Under the pieces are notes generated by a model that worked only from the letters and a program-made list of their open reading frames with translations, ran no database searches and was not told where the DNA came from. From Candidatus Woesearchaeota archaeon (GTDB lineage Archaea; Nanobdellota; Nanobdellia; Woesearchaeales; GW2011-AR4), in assembly GCA_018303625.1 (NCBI GenBank), contig JAGVXV010000010.1:13411-77410 (forward strand): a DNA stretch of 64,000 nt, in the 5' to 3' direction. Shown one piece after another: positions 16,655-26,698 of this stretch. Numbering within the stretch: position 1 is the first letter of the stretch; each line of letters starts with the position of its first letter. A program made the position numbers and the translations under genes.

Positions 16655-19528
16655 ATGCTGGATTTCAACAGTATTGCCAAAAAATGGCAGGATAAATGGG
16701 AAAAAGAAAAAGTTTTTCGGGCTGAAGCAGATAAAAGGAAAAAATACTATGTTGCAATAGTTTATCCTTACATGAGCGGCCTTCTGCACCTTGGCCATTT
16801 GTTCACTTACACTTATTCTGAGGTCATGGCGAGGTACAAGAGAATGAGAAATTTCAATGTTCTGGTTAAGTTCGGCTTTCATTGTACAGGAACCCCGATA
16901 ATTGCAGCAGCGCAGCGCGTAAGGGAAAAAGAGCCGACGCAGATTGAAACTTTAAGGAAGATGGAGGTGCCTGAAAAGGAAATAACAAAATTTGCAAATC
17001 CGGAATACTGGTGCGACTATTTCCCAAAAGAGACATTAAAAGACATAAAGAGCATGGGCTTTGCCGTTGATGAAAGGTATACTTTCAGGACAACCTACTT
17101 AAATCCGCCTTACGACGCTTTTATAAGATGGCAATTCAACAGGCTTAAGGAAAAAAGCTATATAAAAAAAGGCAAGCACCCCGTTATCTGGTGCCCAAAA
17201 GACAATGTGCCGGTAGGGGATCATGACCGCTCAGAGGGGGAAGGCGAAACTCCGCAGGAATTTTTATTGTTCAAGCACAAATTAGAGGGGGGCAGGTATA
17301 TTTTAAGCGCTACATTAAGGCACGACACCATTCTGGGCATAACAAACCTGTTTGTCAATCCGGATGTAGATTACTGCGAGGCAAAAGTCAATAGCGAAAA
17401 GTGGATATTGGGAAAAAAAGCCATAGAGAGGCTGAATGAGCAAGGCTATGATATTAAAATAATAAAAAAAATTTCCGGCATTGACTTGATAGGCAAAAAA
17501 ACCGGGGAATTTGACAGAAGCAAAGTCCTGATTCTTCCGGCAACATTCCTGAAAGCTGATGTTGGAACAGGCATTGTGCATTCTGTCCCTTCAGAATCCC
17601 CGGACGATTTAATAGCATTGAGGGAAATACAAAACAACGGGCAGCTGTGCAAAAAATATAACCTAAACTTTGAGGAAGTCAAAAGTATAAAGCCAATAGC
17701 AGTATTAAACACGCCTGAATATGGGGATATTGCTGCCGAGGCAATGCTGAAGAAATACAATATAAATTCGCAAAAGCAGCAGGAGCAGCTGGAAAAAGCA
17801 AAGAAAGAATTATACAAAATAAGCCATTACACAGCCACTTTAAACCATTTGTATAAAGATGCGTTTTCTGTCAATCTGGAAGGAAAGAAGGTAGAGGAAG
17901 GCAAGGATATAATCAAAAAAGAGCTGATTGAAAAGGGCTTTGCGGTTAAATACTACGAGCCGACGGGCAAAGTTATTTGCAGATGCCTGACAGAATGCAT
18001 TGTCAGGATTGTTGAAGACCAGTGGTTTATTGAGTATAATGATGCTAAGTGGAAGAAAGCAGCGCATGAATGCCTTGAGAATATGAAAATATACCCCGAG
18101 ATGGCAAGAAAGCAGTTTGATTATGTCGTAGACTGGCTTGGCCACTGGGCATGCACAAGGGAATTTGGCTTAGGGACAAAGCTGCCCTGGGATCTTAAAT
18201 GGGTTATTGAGTCGCTGTCAGATTCCACAATACAGATGGCATACTGCACAATTGCAAAATACCTTGAGCACCCCAAGGATTACGGGCTTAGGATTGACAG
18301 GCTGAATGACGAATTTTTTGACTTCGTTTATCTCGGAAAAGGAAATTCTGCAGCGATAGAAAAATCAACCGGAATTTCAAAAAAAATGATTGAAACAATG
18401 AGGAAGGATTTTGAGTACTGGTACCCTTTCGACTTCAGGAATTCGGCAAAGGACCTGCTGCAAAACCACCTCGCATTCTGCATTTTCAACCATGTTGCAC
18501 TGTTTCCTAAGAAATACTGGCCAAGGGCATTCATAATAAACGGCAGGATTATGGTAAACAATGAAAAGATGTCGAAGTCGAAAGGCAATTTCTTCACGAT
18601 GAGGGAGCTCTATGCCAAGCACGGCCCGGATATTGTAAGGCTAGCCGCGGCAAATGCCGGGGAAGGCATGGACGACGCGAACTATGACATGGAGTTTTTG
18701 GAAACAGCAAAGAGAAAATTAGAGGAACTGCATGCTTTCATAAACGGCAATTATGACAAAGGCAGGTCGACAAGCCTTGCAATAGACAGGTGGTTTAAGG
18801 GAAAAATCAACGAGACAATAAGAAAAGTGACAGATGCCATGGAAAACATGCTCTTCAAGTCAGCAGTGCAATATTCATTCCTGGACATGCAGAGGGAATT
18901 GAAATGGTACTTAAGAAGGACAAGCAACAATCCAAACAAGGCCTTGATAAACTTGTTCATAGAAACCCAAATAAAATTATTGGCTCCATTCGCGCCTCAT
19001 TTCTGCGAGGAATGCTGGAATATTATAGGAAAAAAATCCTTTGTGTCAAATGAAAAATGGCCTGAAGCTGATTTAAAGTCCATCAACATGGAACTGGGTT
19101 ATATGGAAAACTTCATAATGGGCACTTTGAGCGACATCAGGGAGGTTATAAGGCTTGCAAAAGTTGAAAAGCCCAAGTCAATAAAACTATTTGCCAGCCC
19201 GTTGTGGAAATACTCCCTTTTCAAAGACGCCAACAGGCTGATTGGCGAAGGCAAAAATACCAGGGATATATTAAATGATATAATGGGCAGCAGTTCCTTT
19301 AAGAAGCACGGAAATGAAATCATGAAATTCCTGCCAAAGATGCTCAATGCAAGAAAAATCCCGAATGCGGCATTAACGCAGCAGCAGGAGCTTTCAGCGC
19401 TAAAAGAATCGCTGGATTTTTTCACAAGAGAATTTGGCTGCGAAATCACTATAACGGATGCCGATAAAAGCAGCGAGCAAAAAGCCGGGCAGGCAATGCC
19501 AGGAAAAGCTGCAATTTTAATACAATAA
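16655..19528 (+). CDS. leuS: Leucyl-tRNA synthetase (archaeal type)
   Basis: 957 aa with the class I 'HLGHLFTY' (HIGH) and 'KMSKSKGN' motifs, an editing-domain insertion, and a C-terminal tRNA-binding extension. Confidence 0.95.
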   Translation: MLDFNSIAKKWQDKWEKEKVFRAEADKRKKYYVAIVYPYMSGLLHLGHLFTYTYSEVMARYKRMRNFNVLVKFGFHCTGTPIIAAAQRVREKEPTQIETLRKMEVPEKEITKFANPEYWCDYFPKETLKDIKSMGFAVDERYTFRTTYLNPPYDAFIRWQFNRLKEKSYIKKGKHPVIWCPKDNVPVGDHDRSEGEGETPQEFLLFKHKLEGGRYILSATLRHDTILGITNLFVNPDVDYCEAKVNSEKWILGKKAIERLNEQGYDIKIIKKISGIDLIGKKTGEFDRSKVLILPATFLKADVGTGIVHSVPSESPDDLIALREIQNNGQLCKKYNLNFEEVKSIKPIAVLNTPEYGDIAAEAMLKKYNINSQKQQEQLEKAKKELYKISHYTATLNHLYKDAFSVNLEGKKVEEGKDIIKKELIEKGFAVKYYEPTGKVICRCLTECIVRIVEDQWFIEYNDAKWKKAAHECLENMKIYPEMARKQFDYVVDWLGHWACTREFGLGTKLPWDLKWVIESLSDSTIQMAYCTIAKYLEHPKDYGLRIDRLNDEFFDFVYLGKGNSAAIEKSTGISKKMIETMRKDFEYWYPFDFRNSAKDLLQNHLAFCIFNHVALFPKKYWPRAFIINGRIMVNNEKMSKSKGNFFTMRELYAKHGPDIVRLAAANAGEGMDDANYDMEFLETAKRKLEELHAFINGNYDKGRSTSLAIDRWFKGKINETIRKVTDAMENMLFKSAVQYSFLDMQRELKWYLRRTSNNPNKALINLFIETQIKLLAPFAPHFCEECWNIIGKKSFVSNEKWPEADLKSINMELGYMENFIMGTLSDIREVIRLAKVEKPKSIKLFASPLWKYSLFKDANRLIGEGKNTRDILNDIMGSSSFKKHGNEIMKFLPKMLNARKIPNAALTQQQELSALKESLDFFTREFGCEITITDADKSSEQKAGQAMPGKAAILIQ

Positions 19529-19543
19529 TTTTTAATTCTTAAA

Positions 19544-20437
19544 ATGAAAATAATAATACTCGGCGCAGGCGGCATTGGAAGCATGGCCGGAGCCCTGCTT
19601 AGCAGGGAAAATGATGTTCTTTTGGTCGGAAGAGAAGCCCATGCCGATAAAATAAATAAGGATGGCCTGAAAATAAGCGGCTGCATCAACAAAAATTTCA
19701 AGGTCAAAGCCGCAACTGAAATAGTGGAGATGGATGAAGGTACACTGGTAATCCTATGCACAAAAGTTGTGGACAGCGAAGCGGCAATAAAAAAAATAAG
19801 GCATTTAATTAAAAAAAATAATATTATTCTTTGCCTTCAGAACGGGCTTGGAAGCGAGGATATTGTAAAGGGCATAGTAAAATGCAAAGTCATAAGGGGC
19901 ATCACAACAGCAGGCACCACCTTTCTGGAAGCAGGAAAGGTAAGCTGCAGCAACATCGGGGATATATTTATCAAGCAGTCTGATGTTTCTGAAAAAATCT
20001 GCAGAATATTCAAAAAATCAGGCCTGCCGGCGCAGGTTGACAAAAATATCAAGGAAAGGATTTGGAAAAAAACTATTGTGAACTGCGTTATGAATCCGCT
20101 GACGGCGATATTTGGGGTTAAGAACGGCGCCTTATTGAAAGATACTGGCTTGATAATGCCAATAATCGATGAATTGCTTGCTGTTGCTGAAAAAGAGGAC
20201 CTGAAATTTGACAGGAGGGAAACTTTTAGCATGGTAATAAAAATCATCAAGGACTCAGCCGAAAATAAAAGTTCAATGCTCCAGGATATTTTAAAGGGGA
20301 AAAAAACAGAAGTAAACTTTTTAAACGGGAAAATTATAGAGCTGGCAGAGAAGCATAAAATAAATGTGCCTGCGAACAAAATGCTTTTCAGCATGGTTAA
20401 ATTTTTGGAAAATGATAAGCCTAGAGCAAAAAAATGA
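19544..20437 (+). CDS. panE: 2-dehydropantoate 2-reductase (ketopantoate reductase, ApbA/PanE family)
   Basis: N-terminal Rossmann 'MKIIILGAGGIGSMAG', a mid-domain 'NGLG', and a C-terminal KPR helical domain ('KSSMLQDILKGKKTEVNFLNG'). Confidence 0.75.
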   Translation: MKIIILGAGGIGSMAGALLSRENDVLLVGREAHADKINKDGLKISGCINKNFKVKAATEIVEMDEGTLVILCTKVVDSEAAIKKIRHLIKKNNIILCLQNGLGSEDIVKGIVKCKVIRGITTAGTTFLEAGKVSCSNIGDIFIKQSDVSEKICRIFKKSGLPAQVDKNIKERIWKKTIVNCVMNPLTAIFGVKNGALLKDTGLIMPIIDELLAVAEKEDLKFDRRETFSMVIKIIKDSAENKSSMLQDILKGKKTEVNFLNGKIIELAEKHKINVPANKMLFSMVKFLENDKPRAKK

Positions 20438-21062
20438 GCTGCTGAAGTTCTGGAAAGAGAATTTTGGGTTTAGGGAGATAGAGCTGAACGCTTTCAGGGA
20501 TATACCAAGAGAGGATTTTGTGCATAGGGAGCTGAAAAGCAGGGCCTATGATGACACTCCACTGCCTTTATTAAGGGGAAAGACAATCTCGCAGCCGACA
20601 ACCGTTATGATAATGACTTCCCTGCTTGAATTGCAGCCTGGGGAAAAGGTTTTTGAGGTTGGCACCGGCTCAGGCTATCAGGCAGCTATAATTGCAAGGA
20701 TTGTAGGAAGCATGGGAAAGGTAATATCAACCGAAATAATACCGGAGCTTGTGCATTTTGCAAGGGAAAACCTGAAAAAGTCAGGAATGAGGAATGTTTT
20801 TGTTCTTGAGGATGACGGCTCAAATGGTATGCCCAATGAAGCGCCTTTTGACAAGATTATAATAACATCTGCATGTAGGGAGTTTCCAAAACCTTTGCTT
20901 GAGCAGCTCAAGCCCGACGGGATTATAGTGGGGCCTGTCGGCAGCCAGAATGAACAGGAGATGGTAAGGGGCATCAGGGATAAGAGCGGAAAATTGCAGC
21001 TGGAATTCTTCGGTCCTTTTCTTTTCACGCCCATGTACGGCAAATACGGCTTTGAAGTTTAG
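20412..21062 (+). CDS. pcm: Protein-L-isoaspartate O-methyltransferase
   Basis: 'GKTISQPTTVMIMTSLLEL', 'VFEVGTGSGYQAAIIA' (methyltransferase motif I) and 'DKIIITSA'. The internal ATG (MISLEQ...) overlaps the panE 3' end. Confidence 0.85.
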   Translation: MISLEQKNELLKFWKENFGFREIELNAFRDIPREDFVHRELKSRAYDDTPLPLLRGKTISQPTTVMIMTSLLELQPGEKVFEVGTGSGYQAAIIARIVGSMGKVISTEIIPELVHFARENLKKSGMRNVFVLEDDGSNGMPNEAPFDKIIITSACREFPKPLLEQLKPDGIIVGPVGSQNEQEMVRGIRDKSGKLQLEFFGPFLFTPMYGKYGFEV

Positions 21063-21099
21063 GCAAAAATTTAAATAAGGCATTTAATTCTGTTTCCCT

Positions 21100-21894
21100 A
21101 TGAAAATAGGCAATGTCTTGGTTGTTTACACGAAATTCAACCTGAAAAGGCAGAAAAGCACGATAAGCGCAGTAAAGGCCGCCTTGGGAAAAAGCAGCAT
21201 AAGAAACAGGCTGGTTGAAAGGACAAGGCTCAATAAAAAATTTTTTAATGATGCGGATTTGGTGATAGCTGTCGGCGGCGACGGGACTTTCTTGAGGGCA
21301 GCGCAATTCATATTTGATGAAACGCCTTTGCTCGGCGTTAATTCCGACCCCGAAAAAAAGGAGGGATTTTTTATGCAGGCAGCAGGAAATGATTTCAATA
21401 AAAAGCTGAAGAAAATCCTGAATAATAATTACAAAATAAAAAAATTGCACAGGCTTGAGGCTTTTATAGGCAATAAAAAAGTCCATGAGCTTGCCCTGAA
21501 TGAGTTCTATATAGCGGCGGAAAGGCCTTACCTTACAGCAAGGTATCTTCTGTATGCAGGAAAAAAGAAAGAAAGGCAGAAAAGTTCCGGCATTTTGATT
21601 GCGACAGCAGCAGGAAGTAATGCGTGGCTGAAAAGCGCAGGCGGCAAAGTTTTGCCTTTAAATTCCGATAAATTTGAATACTTGGTAAGAGAGCCTTATT
21701 GCGGCAAGGTTTCCGCAAAATGCAAACTGGTTAACGGAGTTGTAAATAAAAACGAAAAATTGGGCATTGTATTCGAAGTTGGCAACGGAATTCTTGTTTC
21801 GGATTCATTGAGCAAAGAGTATAAGTTCAGGATGGGGCAGAAAGTTACAATACAAATGTCGAAAAAGCCCATTCACATGGTTTCTTTTGGCTGA
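21100..21894 (+). CDS. nadK: NAD kinase
   Basis: 'DLVIAVGGDGTFLRAA' (GGDG motif), 'NEFYI' and a C-terminal NAD kinase beta-sandwich. 264 aa. Confidence 0.8.
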   Translation: MKIGNVLVVYTKFNLKRQKSTISAVKAALGKSSIRNRLVERTRLNKKFFNDADLVIAVGGDGTFLRAAQFIFDETPLLGVNSDPEKKEGFFMQAAGNDFNKKLKKILNNNYKIKKLHRLEAFIGNKKVHELALNEFYIAAERPYLTARYLLYAGKKKERQKSSGILIATAAGSNAWLKSAGGKVLPLNSDKFEYLVREPYCGKVSAKCKLVNGVVNKNEKLGIVFEVGNGILVSDSLSKEYKFRMGQKVTIQMSKKPIHMVSFG

Positions 21895-21899
21895 TTAGA

Positions 21900-22796
21900 A
21901 TGGAATTAAGGGGAAAAATCTGGATTGACGGAAAAATATTTGATTTTGATGATGGTAAAATCCACATACTGGCGCATGCATTGCATTACGGCACAGCATG
22001 CTTTGAAGGCATACACAGCTATGAGGCGAAAAAAGGAGTCGGGATTTTCAGGCTTAAAGAGCATATAAGCCGGCTTTATGAAAGCGCAAAGGTTCTGGGC
22101 ATGCAGTTGAGGTACTCACAAGGAGAAATCAAAAAAACAATTAAAAAACTAATTAAAATAAATAAAATAAAAGACGGCTACATAAGGCCATTGGCATTTT
22201 ACGGCTTTGGCAGCCTGGATGTTTATCCAAAGAATATAAAGCCGAGCATTGCAATCATCGCTTTGCCCTGCAGCTCTGAAATAAAAAAGCCTATGAGGCT
22301 CATGACTTCGTCATACAAAAGGATTAATCCCGATGCTTCCAAATTCGGGGCTAAAATTTCCGGATTTTATGCTAACTCTGTTATGGCTATGCGCGAAGCA
22401 AGGCAAAAAGGCTATGACGAGGCCCTGATGCTTGACAGCAGCGGTTTTGTGGCGGAAGGGCCATCCCATAATGTGTTTATGGTTAAAAATGGAAGGATAA
22501 TAACTTCTGACAGCAAAAGCATACTGCCAGGAATTACCCGGCTGTCACTTATGGAATTGGGCAGGGATTTGGGCTACAATGTTTCTGAGCAAAAAATTTA
22601 CCTAGATGAAATAAAAACTGCAGATGAAGTTTTTTATTGCGGCACCTTGTCAGAGACCATCCCCATTGTGCAAATTGACAATGCAAAGATAGGCAATGCC
22701 AAAATAGGAAAAATAACTGGAATTTTAAGAAAAGAATTCCAGAAGATTGTCAGGGGAGAGAATAAAAAATACAAAAAGTGGCTTGAATATGTTTAA
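21900..22796 (+). CDS. ilvE: Branched-chain amino acid aminotransferase (class IV PLP enzyme)
   Basis: 'HALHYGTACFEGIHSYE', 'IRPLAFYG' and 'EVFYCGTLSETIPIVQID' are class IV aminotransferase signatures. Confidence 0.85.
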   Translation: MELRGKIWIDGKIFDFDDGKIHILAHALHYGTACFEGIHSYEAKKGVGIFRLKEHISRLYESAKVLGMQLRYSQGEIKKTIKKLIKINKIKDGYIRPLAFYGFGSLDVYPKNIKPSIAIIALPCSSEIKKPMRLMTSSYKRINPDASKFGAKISGFYANSVMAMREARQKGYDEALMLDSSGFVAEGPSHNVFMVKNGRIITSDSKSILPGITRLSLMELGRDLGYNVSEQKIYLDEIKTADEVFYCGTLSETIPIVQIDNAKIGNAKIGKITGILRKEFQKIVRGENKKYKKWLEYV

Positions 22797-22825
22797 GGGT
22801 TTCTTGATTTAAAATTATCAAAAAA

Positions 22826-23105
22826 TAAGCGGGAGGACGCGCTTGAAAATGGGCAGGATCCTCGCTATCAGTTAACCCTGAGCTTTTCTTGGCCCTGTTT
22901 TCTGTAAGCACCGATGCCAAAGGTTAAGGCTGCTTCCTTCCGGACCTGACCTATTTCCCAAAAACACCAGCCAAACAGGACAAAGCCTCATTGTCGAGCC
23001 CAAGACTGATAGTTTTGGAAAGTGCCTCTTTTCCAGCTTCACCCTGTGTAAAGCGTATTCACAGTTACAGGAGAGCGCTAACCTCCCAGCAAAGTCCTCC
23101 CATAA
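22826..23105 (-). ncRNA. ffs: Signal recognition particle RNA (7S/SRP RNA), approximate ends
   Basis: The minus strand contains 'GGTCAGGTCCGGAAGGAAGCAGCC', identical to the universally conserved helix-8 (domain IV) segment of 4.5S/7S RNA. The 5' 'GGGAGGAC' pairs with the 3' 'GTCCTCCC'. An oligo-T run follows the 3' end. The island is GC-rich with no plausible ORF. Confidence 0.8.
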
Positions 23106-23267
23106 GAAGTAATGCATGGGGTTTTTTAAGGGTTTTGTTCCAGATGCACTATTAAACTGCTATATTTGCTTTGTATTTTTTATCGGCTTATTTAAATGTT
23201 GCGCAGTTTAATGTGTAACAAACAATATTACCCACTTCTTAAAAAGCATTGCAAGAAAACAGTATCT

Positions 23268-24494
23268 TTAGCTGAATTTACAGCAGTAGATATCATAACC
23301 GACACCTGCCGCCCATCCCCATGCTTCATTATGGCCGCGCATGTATTCATCTTCTGCGCACATAGCCCGTGATCCAATCTGTCCATAAACAATGCGGCAA
23401 TTATTGGAAGGGCCGCCACTGTCAACATTATCAGCAAATCCTGCTGGTATGCCTGAAATCTCGCCCCATGAAGTGCCATCTTTTACATAAGCAGGCACGG
23501 TAGGGTCGCTTTCAGAAGTAATTCCCATCTGGTCGCCGTCGCTAAGCCCAGCAGGCACGCTTGTCAGCAATGACCAAGGTATTGAGCCTACCTGTAAGAC
23601 TCCATTCTGGAAATACCAGTCCCAATTATTGTCAAGATTGTTATAAACGCCTGAATAATCAGGATGAACCATAAATGTCCCGTAATTAGTGCCTCCGCTT
23701 TTGAAGTTTATCCCGCTCCATCCGTTTTTTGAGCCGTCAATTGTCAAAGCGCCATAATTGCTGGTGGAGCCAGAGCCGAATATGCTTCCTGAAAGCTTTA
23801 TGTTTCCAGCAACATCAAGCTTTTGCGTTGGAGCTGTTGTCCCGATGCCGACGTTGCCTGTAGGAAAAACAACCCTATTATTGCTCCCCCCATCAGCATA
23901 AACTCCAAGATATTCCGCCGCAATACCATTATTCGCGACAGTCAGGCTAAACGGGTGATTGGAGTTATAGAGGGCTTGCAAGGTCGTGTAGTAATTGGCT
24001 GGATCTGAATTTGTTTCCAATCTTAATTGCGCTGAGTTTGATTTAACCGTGAGGGGATTACTTGGACTCGCAGTCCCAATCCCGACATTTCTGCTTGCAT
24101 CAATTGTAAGCGCCCTTCCAACTCCCGTTCTGTCAATGTAAAAATACCCTGAAGAGTCCCTTCCCATGCCCCACAGATTTGTATTCCCTGAATAAAAGTC
24201 AATTGCAGCCCAGCCCGTTCCAACGCCCTTTATTGCCAAAGCTGTAGAACTAGCAGGATTTCCAATTGTAGCAACACCTCCTACTAAGCTTAAAGTTTCT
24301 GCTTCATCTATTATCTTATTATTATTCTCATCAACGCTTGTGATGTCAGTATCTGATTTTGCAACCTGCTGCAACGGATGCCATGATTTTGTTGTGTCTA
24401 CAACGGCGTTTGCCCCCAATACAAGAAGGATTAATGCCAAGCCCAATAATGGAATATAGAATAATCTTTTATTGGAATCTGCCTTAACCTCCAT
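23268..24494 (-). CDS. Secreted/surface protein with tail-fiber-like Gly-rich repeats and Cys-rich C-terminus
   Basis: An N-terminal TM/signal peptide ('LFYIPLLGLALILLVLGANA'). Repeated motifs 'NVGIGTASPSNPLTV' and 'GNVGIGTTAPTQKLDVAGNIKLSG'. The C-terminus carries 5 Cys ('NNCRIV...MCAEDEY...YCCKFS'). The ORF-track start at 24575 is an alternative. Confidence 0.5.
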   Translation of the reverse strand: MEVKADSNKRLFYIPLLGLALILLVLGANAVVDTTKSWHPLQQVAKSDTDITSVDENNNKIIDEAETLSLVGGVATIGNPASSTALAIKGVGTGWAAIDFYSGNTNLWGMGRDSSGYFYIDRTGVGRALTIDASRNVGIGTASPSNPLTVKSNSAQLRLETNSDPANYYTTLQALYNSNHPFSLTVANNGIAAEYLGVYADGGSNNRVVFPTGNVGIGTTAPTQKLDVAGNIKLSGSIFGSGSTSNYGALTIDGSKNGWSGINFKSGGTNYGTFMVHPDYSGVYNNLDNNWDWYFQNGVLQVGSIPWSLLTSVPAGLSDGDQMGITSESDPTVPAYVKDGTSWGEISGIPAGFADNVDSGGPSNNCRIVYGQIGSRAMCAEDEYMRGHNEAWGWAAGVGYDIYCCKFS

Positions 24495-24649
24495 TTTGCC
24501 TCTTTTTGAATTTATGCAGTTATTACTCTTATTATTGTTTATATTTTTTTCTATTTTATTTTCTATTATACCCAACTGAAAAAGATATTAGTGCGGATAA
24601 AAGCGTACAAAACAGAAATATTTATTAACTAAACATACTCTGGTTTCAC

Positions 24650-25585
24650 TTGGGGGTAAAAATTTCAGCTATAATCTTCTTAGGCACTGGCGGCGACACT
24701 TATGTTGTAGGCAAGCAGATAAGGGCTTCCGGAGGCATTATCCTCCAGATAAATGAAAACCAGTTCCACATTGACCCTGGACCTGGCAGCCTGCTGATGG
24801 CAAAAGAAGTTGGCGTTAATCTAAGGGCAAATACCGCCTTGTTTGTAAGCCACAATCATTTGAACCACTGCAATGATGTCAATGCTGTTATTGACGCAAT
24901 GACTTACGCCGGCTTTGACAAAAAAGGGGTTTTGATAGCAAATAACACTGTGGTAAACGGCAGCCAAAGCTACAGGCCAATTTTGCAGGAATACTATAAG
25001 AACTGCCTGGAAAGGTACATTGTGCTGAATGCAGGCCAAAAAGTGGGCATCAACGAAGTTGAGATCATGGCCTTGAAGGCAAGGCACTCCGAGGAAAATG
25101 CCATCGGCTTCAAGTTTTTCACGCCGCAATTCACTTTAAGCTACAGCGGCGACACGAAATACAATGCGGAAATCGCCGATCAATACCAGAACTCCAATAT
25201 ACTGATTTTAAATGTCCCTTACTTAAAAAAAGAAAAAGACAATGACGGCTTAAGCAAGGAAGATGCAGTAAAAATAATAAATGCTGTAAAGCCCAGACTG
25301 GCGATAATAACCCATTTTGGAATGGATTTTGTGAAAGCAGATCCTTTGTATGAAATCAGGGAAATACAAAAGGAGACAAGCTGCCAGGTAATAGCGGCAA
25401 AAGACGGAATGGTTGTAAATCCCTTAAGCTACTCTGTTGAGCAGGGCCAAAGAACGCTGATTGGATTTAAGGAGGAAAAAAGAGGGGTTCATGTAAGGTT
25501 CGAGGAAAAGGTAAAGGAAGTTGATGAGATTCTCGAGGAGAAGCAGACAAGCTTAGAGGAAGCGGAAGATAAAGAATTTCAATAG
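24650..25585 (+). CDS. Metallo-beta-lactamase-fold hydrolase
   Basis: 'FLGTGG', 'VSHNHLNHCND' (HxHxDH-like), 'SGDTKY' and 'ITHFGMD' metal-ligand motifs. It has a TTG start and an acidic C-terminal tail. Confidence 0.6.
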   Translation: MGVKISAIIFLGTGGDTYVVGKQIRASGGIILQINENQFHIDPGPGSLLMAKEVGVNLRANTALFVSHNHLNHCNDVNAVIDAMTYAGFDKKGVLIANNTVVNGSQSYRPILQEYYKNCLERYIVLNAGQKVGINEVEIMALKARHSEENAIGFKFFTPQFTLSYSGDTKYNAEIADQYQNSNILILNVPYLKKEKDNDGLSKEDAVKIINAVKPRLAIITHFGMDFVKADPLYEIREIQKETSCQVIAAKDGMVVNPLSYSVEQGQRTLIGFKEEKRGVHVRFEEKVKEVDEILEEKQTSLEEAEDKEFQ

Positions 25586-25666
25586 TTATTTGCTATTTTT
25601 ATACTTATTCATGTGTATAAATAAGTATGATTTTAACAGATATTGATTCAAAAAACCAATAAATTA

Positions 25667-26560
25667 TTAAAAAAATAGCCAAATAACAAAAAACCCGACA
25701 AAACACCCAATGCTCAGGTAAGGCATTGCCGGATAAAACTTGTCTTTCTTGCCTTTTATCAATAAAAACAGCAAGGCAATTGTTGTGAAAAATGGTATAA
25801 CCAAAGATTTTAGGAAGCCTATAATTTCCGGATTTGTCAGCATCAGGTCTTTCATTACCACTCCTGCAAATATTAGCGGAAACCCTATGTCCCCGCCGCC
25901 GAGAACCGCTATCCTGCCTTTTGTTGGCGTTAGATTTCCTTTGGGTATATCCTCTTTTGGCAATTTTTTGTAGGGAACCAAAAGCCCTGCAAATATTTTG
26001 CTTTTCGCCTGGAATTTTGCAAGCTTTATCATGTGCCTTGTTTTAAGCACTGCGATAATATCATAAATTGAGATTAAAATCAGCAGCATGAAAGCCGCAA
26101 ATATATTGACTATAGGGACGAATATGGCTGCCAATCCGCCATAAACAAAGATTTCAGTCAGGTTCTGCGTTATAATATTTGGCCTGTAGATTTTCGCCAG
26201 AGTTGCTATTAATGCAGCCAAAGCTGCAATTGCTTGGGGCATGAAAGCAGATAACGCAATGCCTAAAGTAATCCATACCGCGAGGAAAAACCAGAATTTC
26301 CACAATTTGAATACTTTGTATTTTATCAAAATCAGGAAAATCGCAGTTCCGATTAAGACTGCAGCTATAATCCAGATAAAAGAAGTGCTTTCCTCAACTT
26401 CAGGCCTTTCAAGATTGTAAGGCAACTGCTTGAATTCAACTTTGCCCGTTTCAATTATTTTTTCATGGTCTATATACCGGTTGGTTATCGCCAAACCAAT
26501 AATCTGAGTTATTAGGAAAATCCCGACAAGCAGAATCGTTACTTTCAATGTATGCTTCAT
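25667..26560 (-). CDS. Presenilin/signal-peptide-peptidase-like intramembrane aspartyl protease (A22 family)
   Basis: About 9 TM helices with a 'YD' motif ('SIYDIIAV'), 'GxGD' ('LGGGDIGFP') and a PAL-like motif ('YPAMPYL') in the canonical order. Confidence 0.6.
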   Translation of the reverse strand: MKHTLKVTILLVGIFLITQIIGLAITNRYIDHEKIIETGKVEFKQLPYNLERPEVEESTSFIWIIAAVLIGTAIFLILIKYKVFKLWKFWFFLAVWITLGIALSAFMPQAIAALAALIATLAKIYRPNIITQNLTEIFVYGGLAAIFVPIVNIFAAFMLLILISIYDIIAVLKTRHMIKLAKFQAKSKIFAGLLVPYKKLPKEDIPKGNLTPTKGRIAVLGGGDIGFPLIFAGVVMKDLMLTNPEIIGFLKSLVIPFFTTIALLFLLIKGKKDKFYPAMPYLSIGCFVGFFVIWLFF

Positions 26561-26698
26561 CTTTTTATCTGTTTTTTGAATGTATTTAAATGTTTGTTAT
26601 AAATCTGAAGTGCCAGATGCGTCATAGTTTTTTGTTGCTGTCGGACAAAACCGCATAAAACAATAAATTTATTAATGATAAATTAAAAAATACATAAT

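Noticed and set aside
19099-19761. 220-aa minus-strand ORF over the leuS 3' end and panE start
   Set aside because: It is antisense to two well-supported genes. It is hydrophobic, low-complexity and has no start signal.
22872-23117. 81-aa minus-strand ORF
   Set aside because: It coincides with the SRP RNA gene (exact helix-8 motif). The RNA explanation is far stronger.
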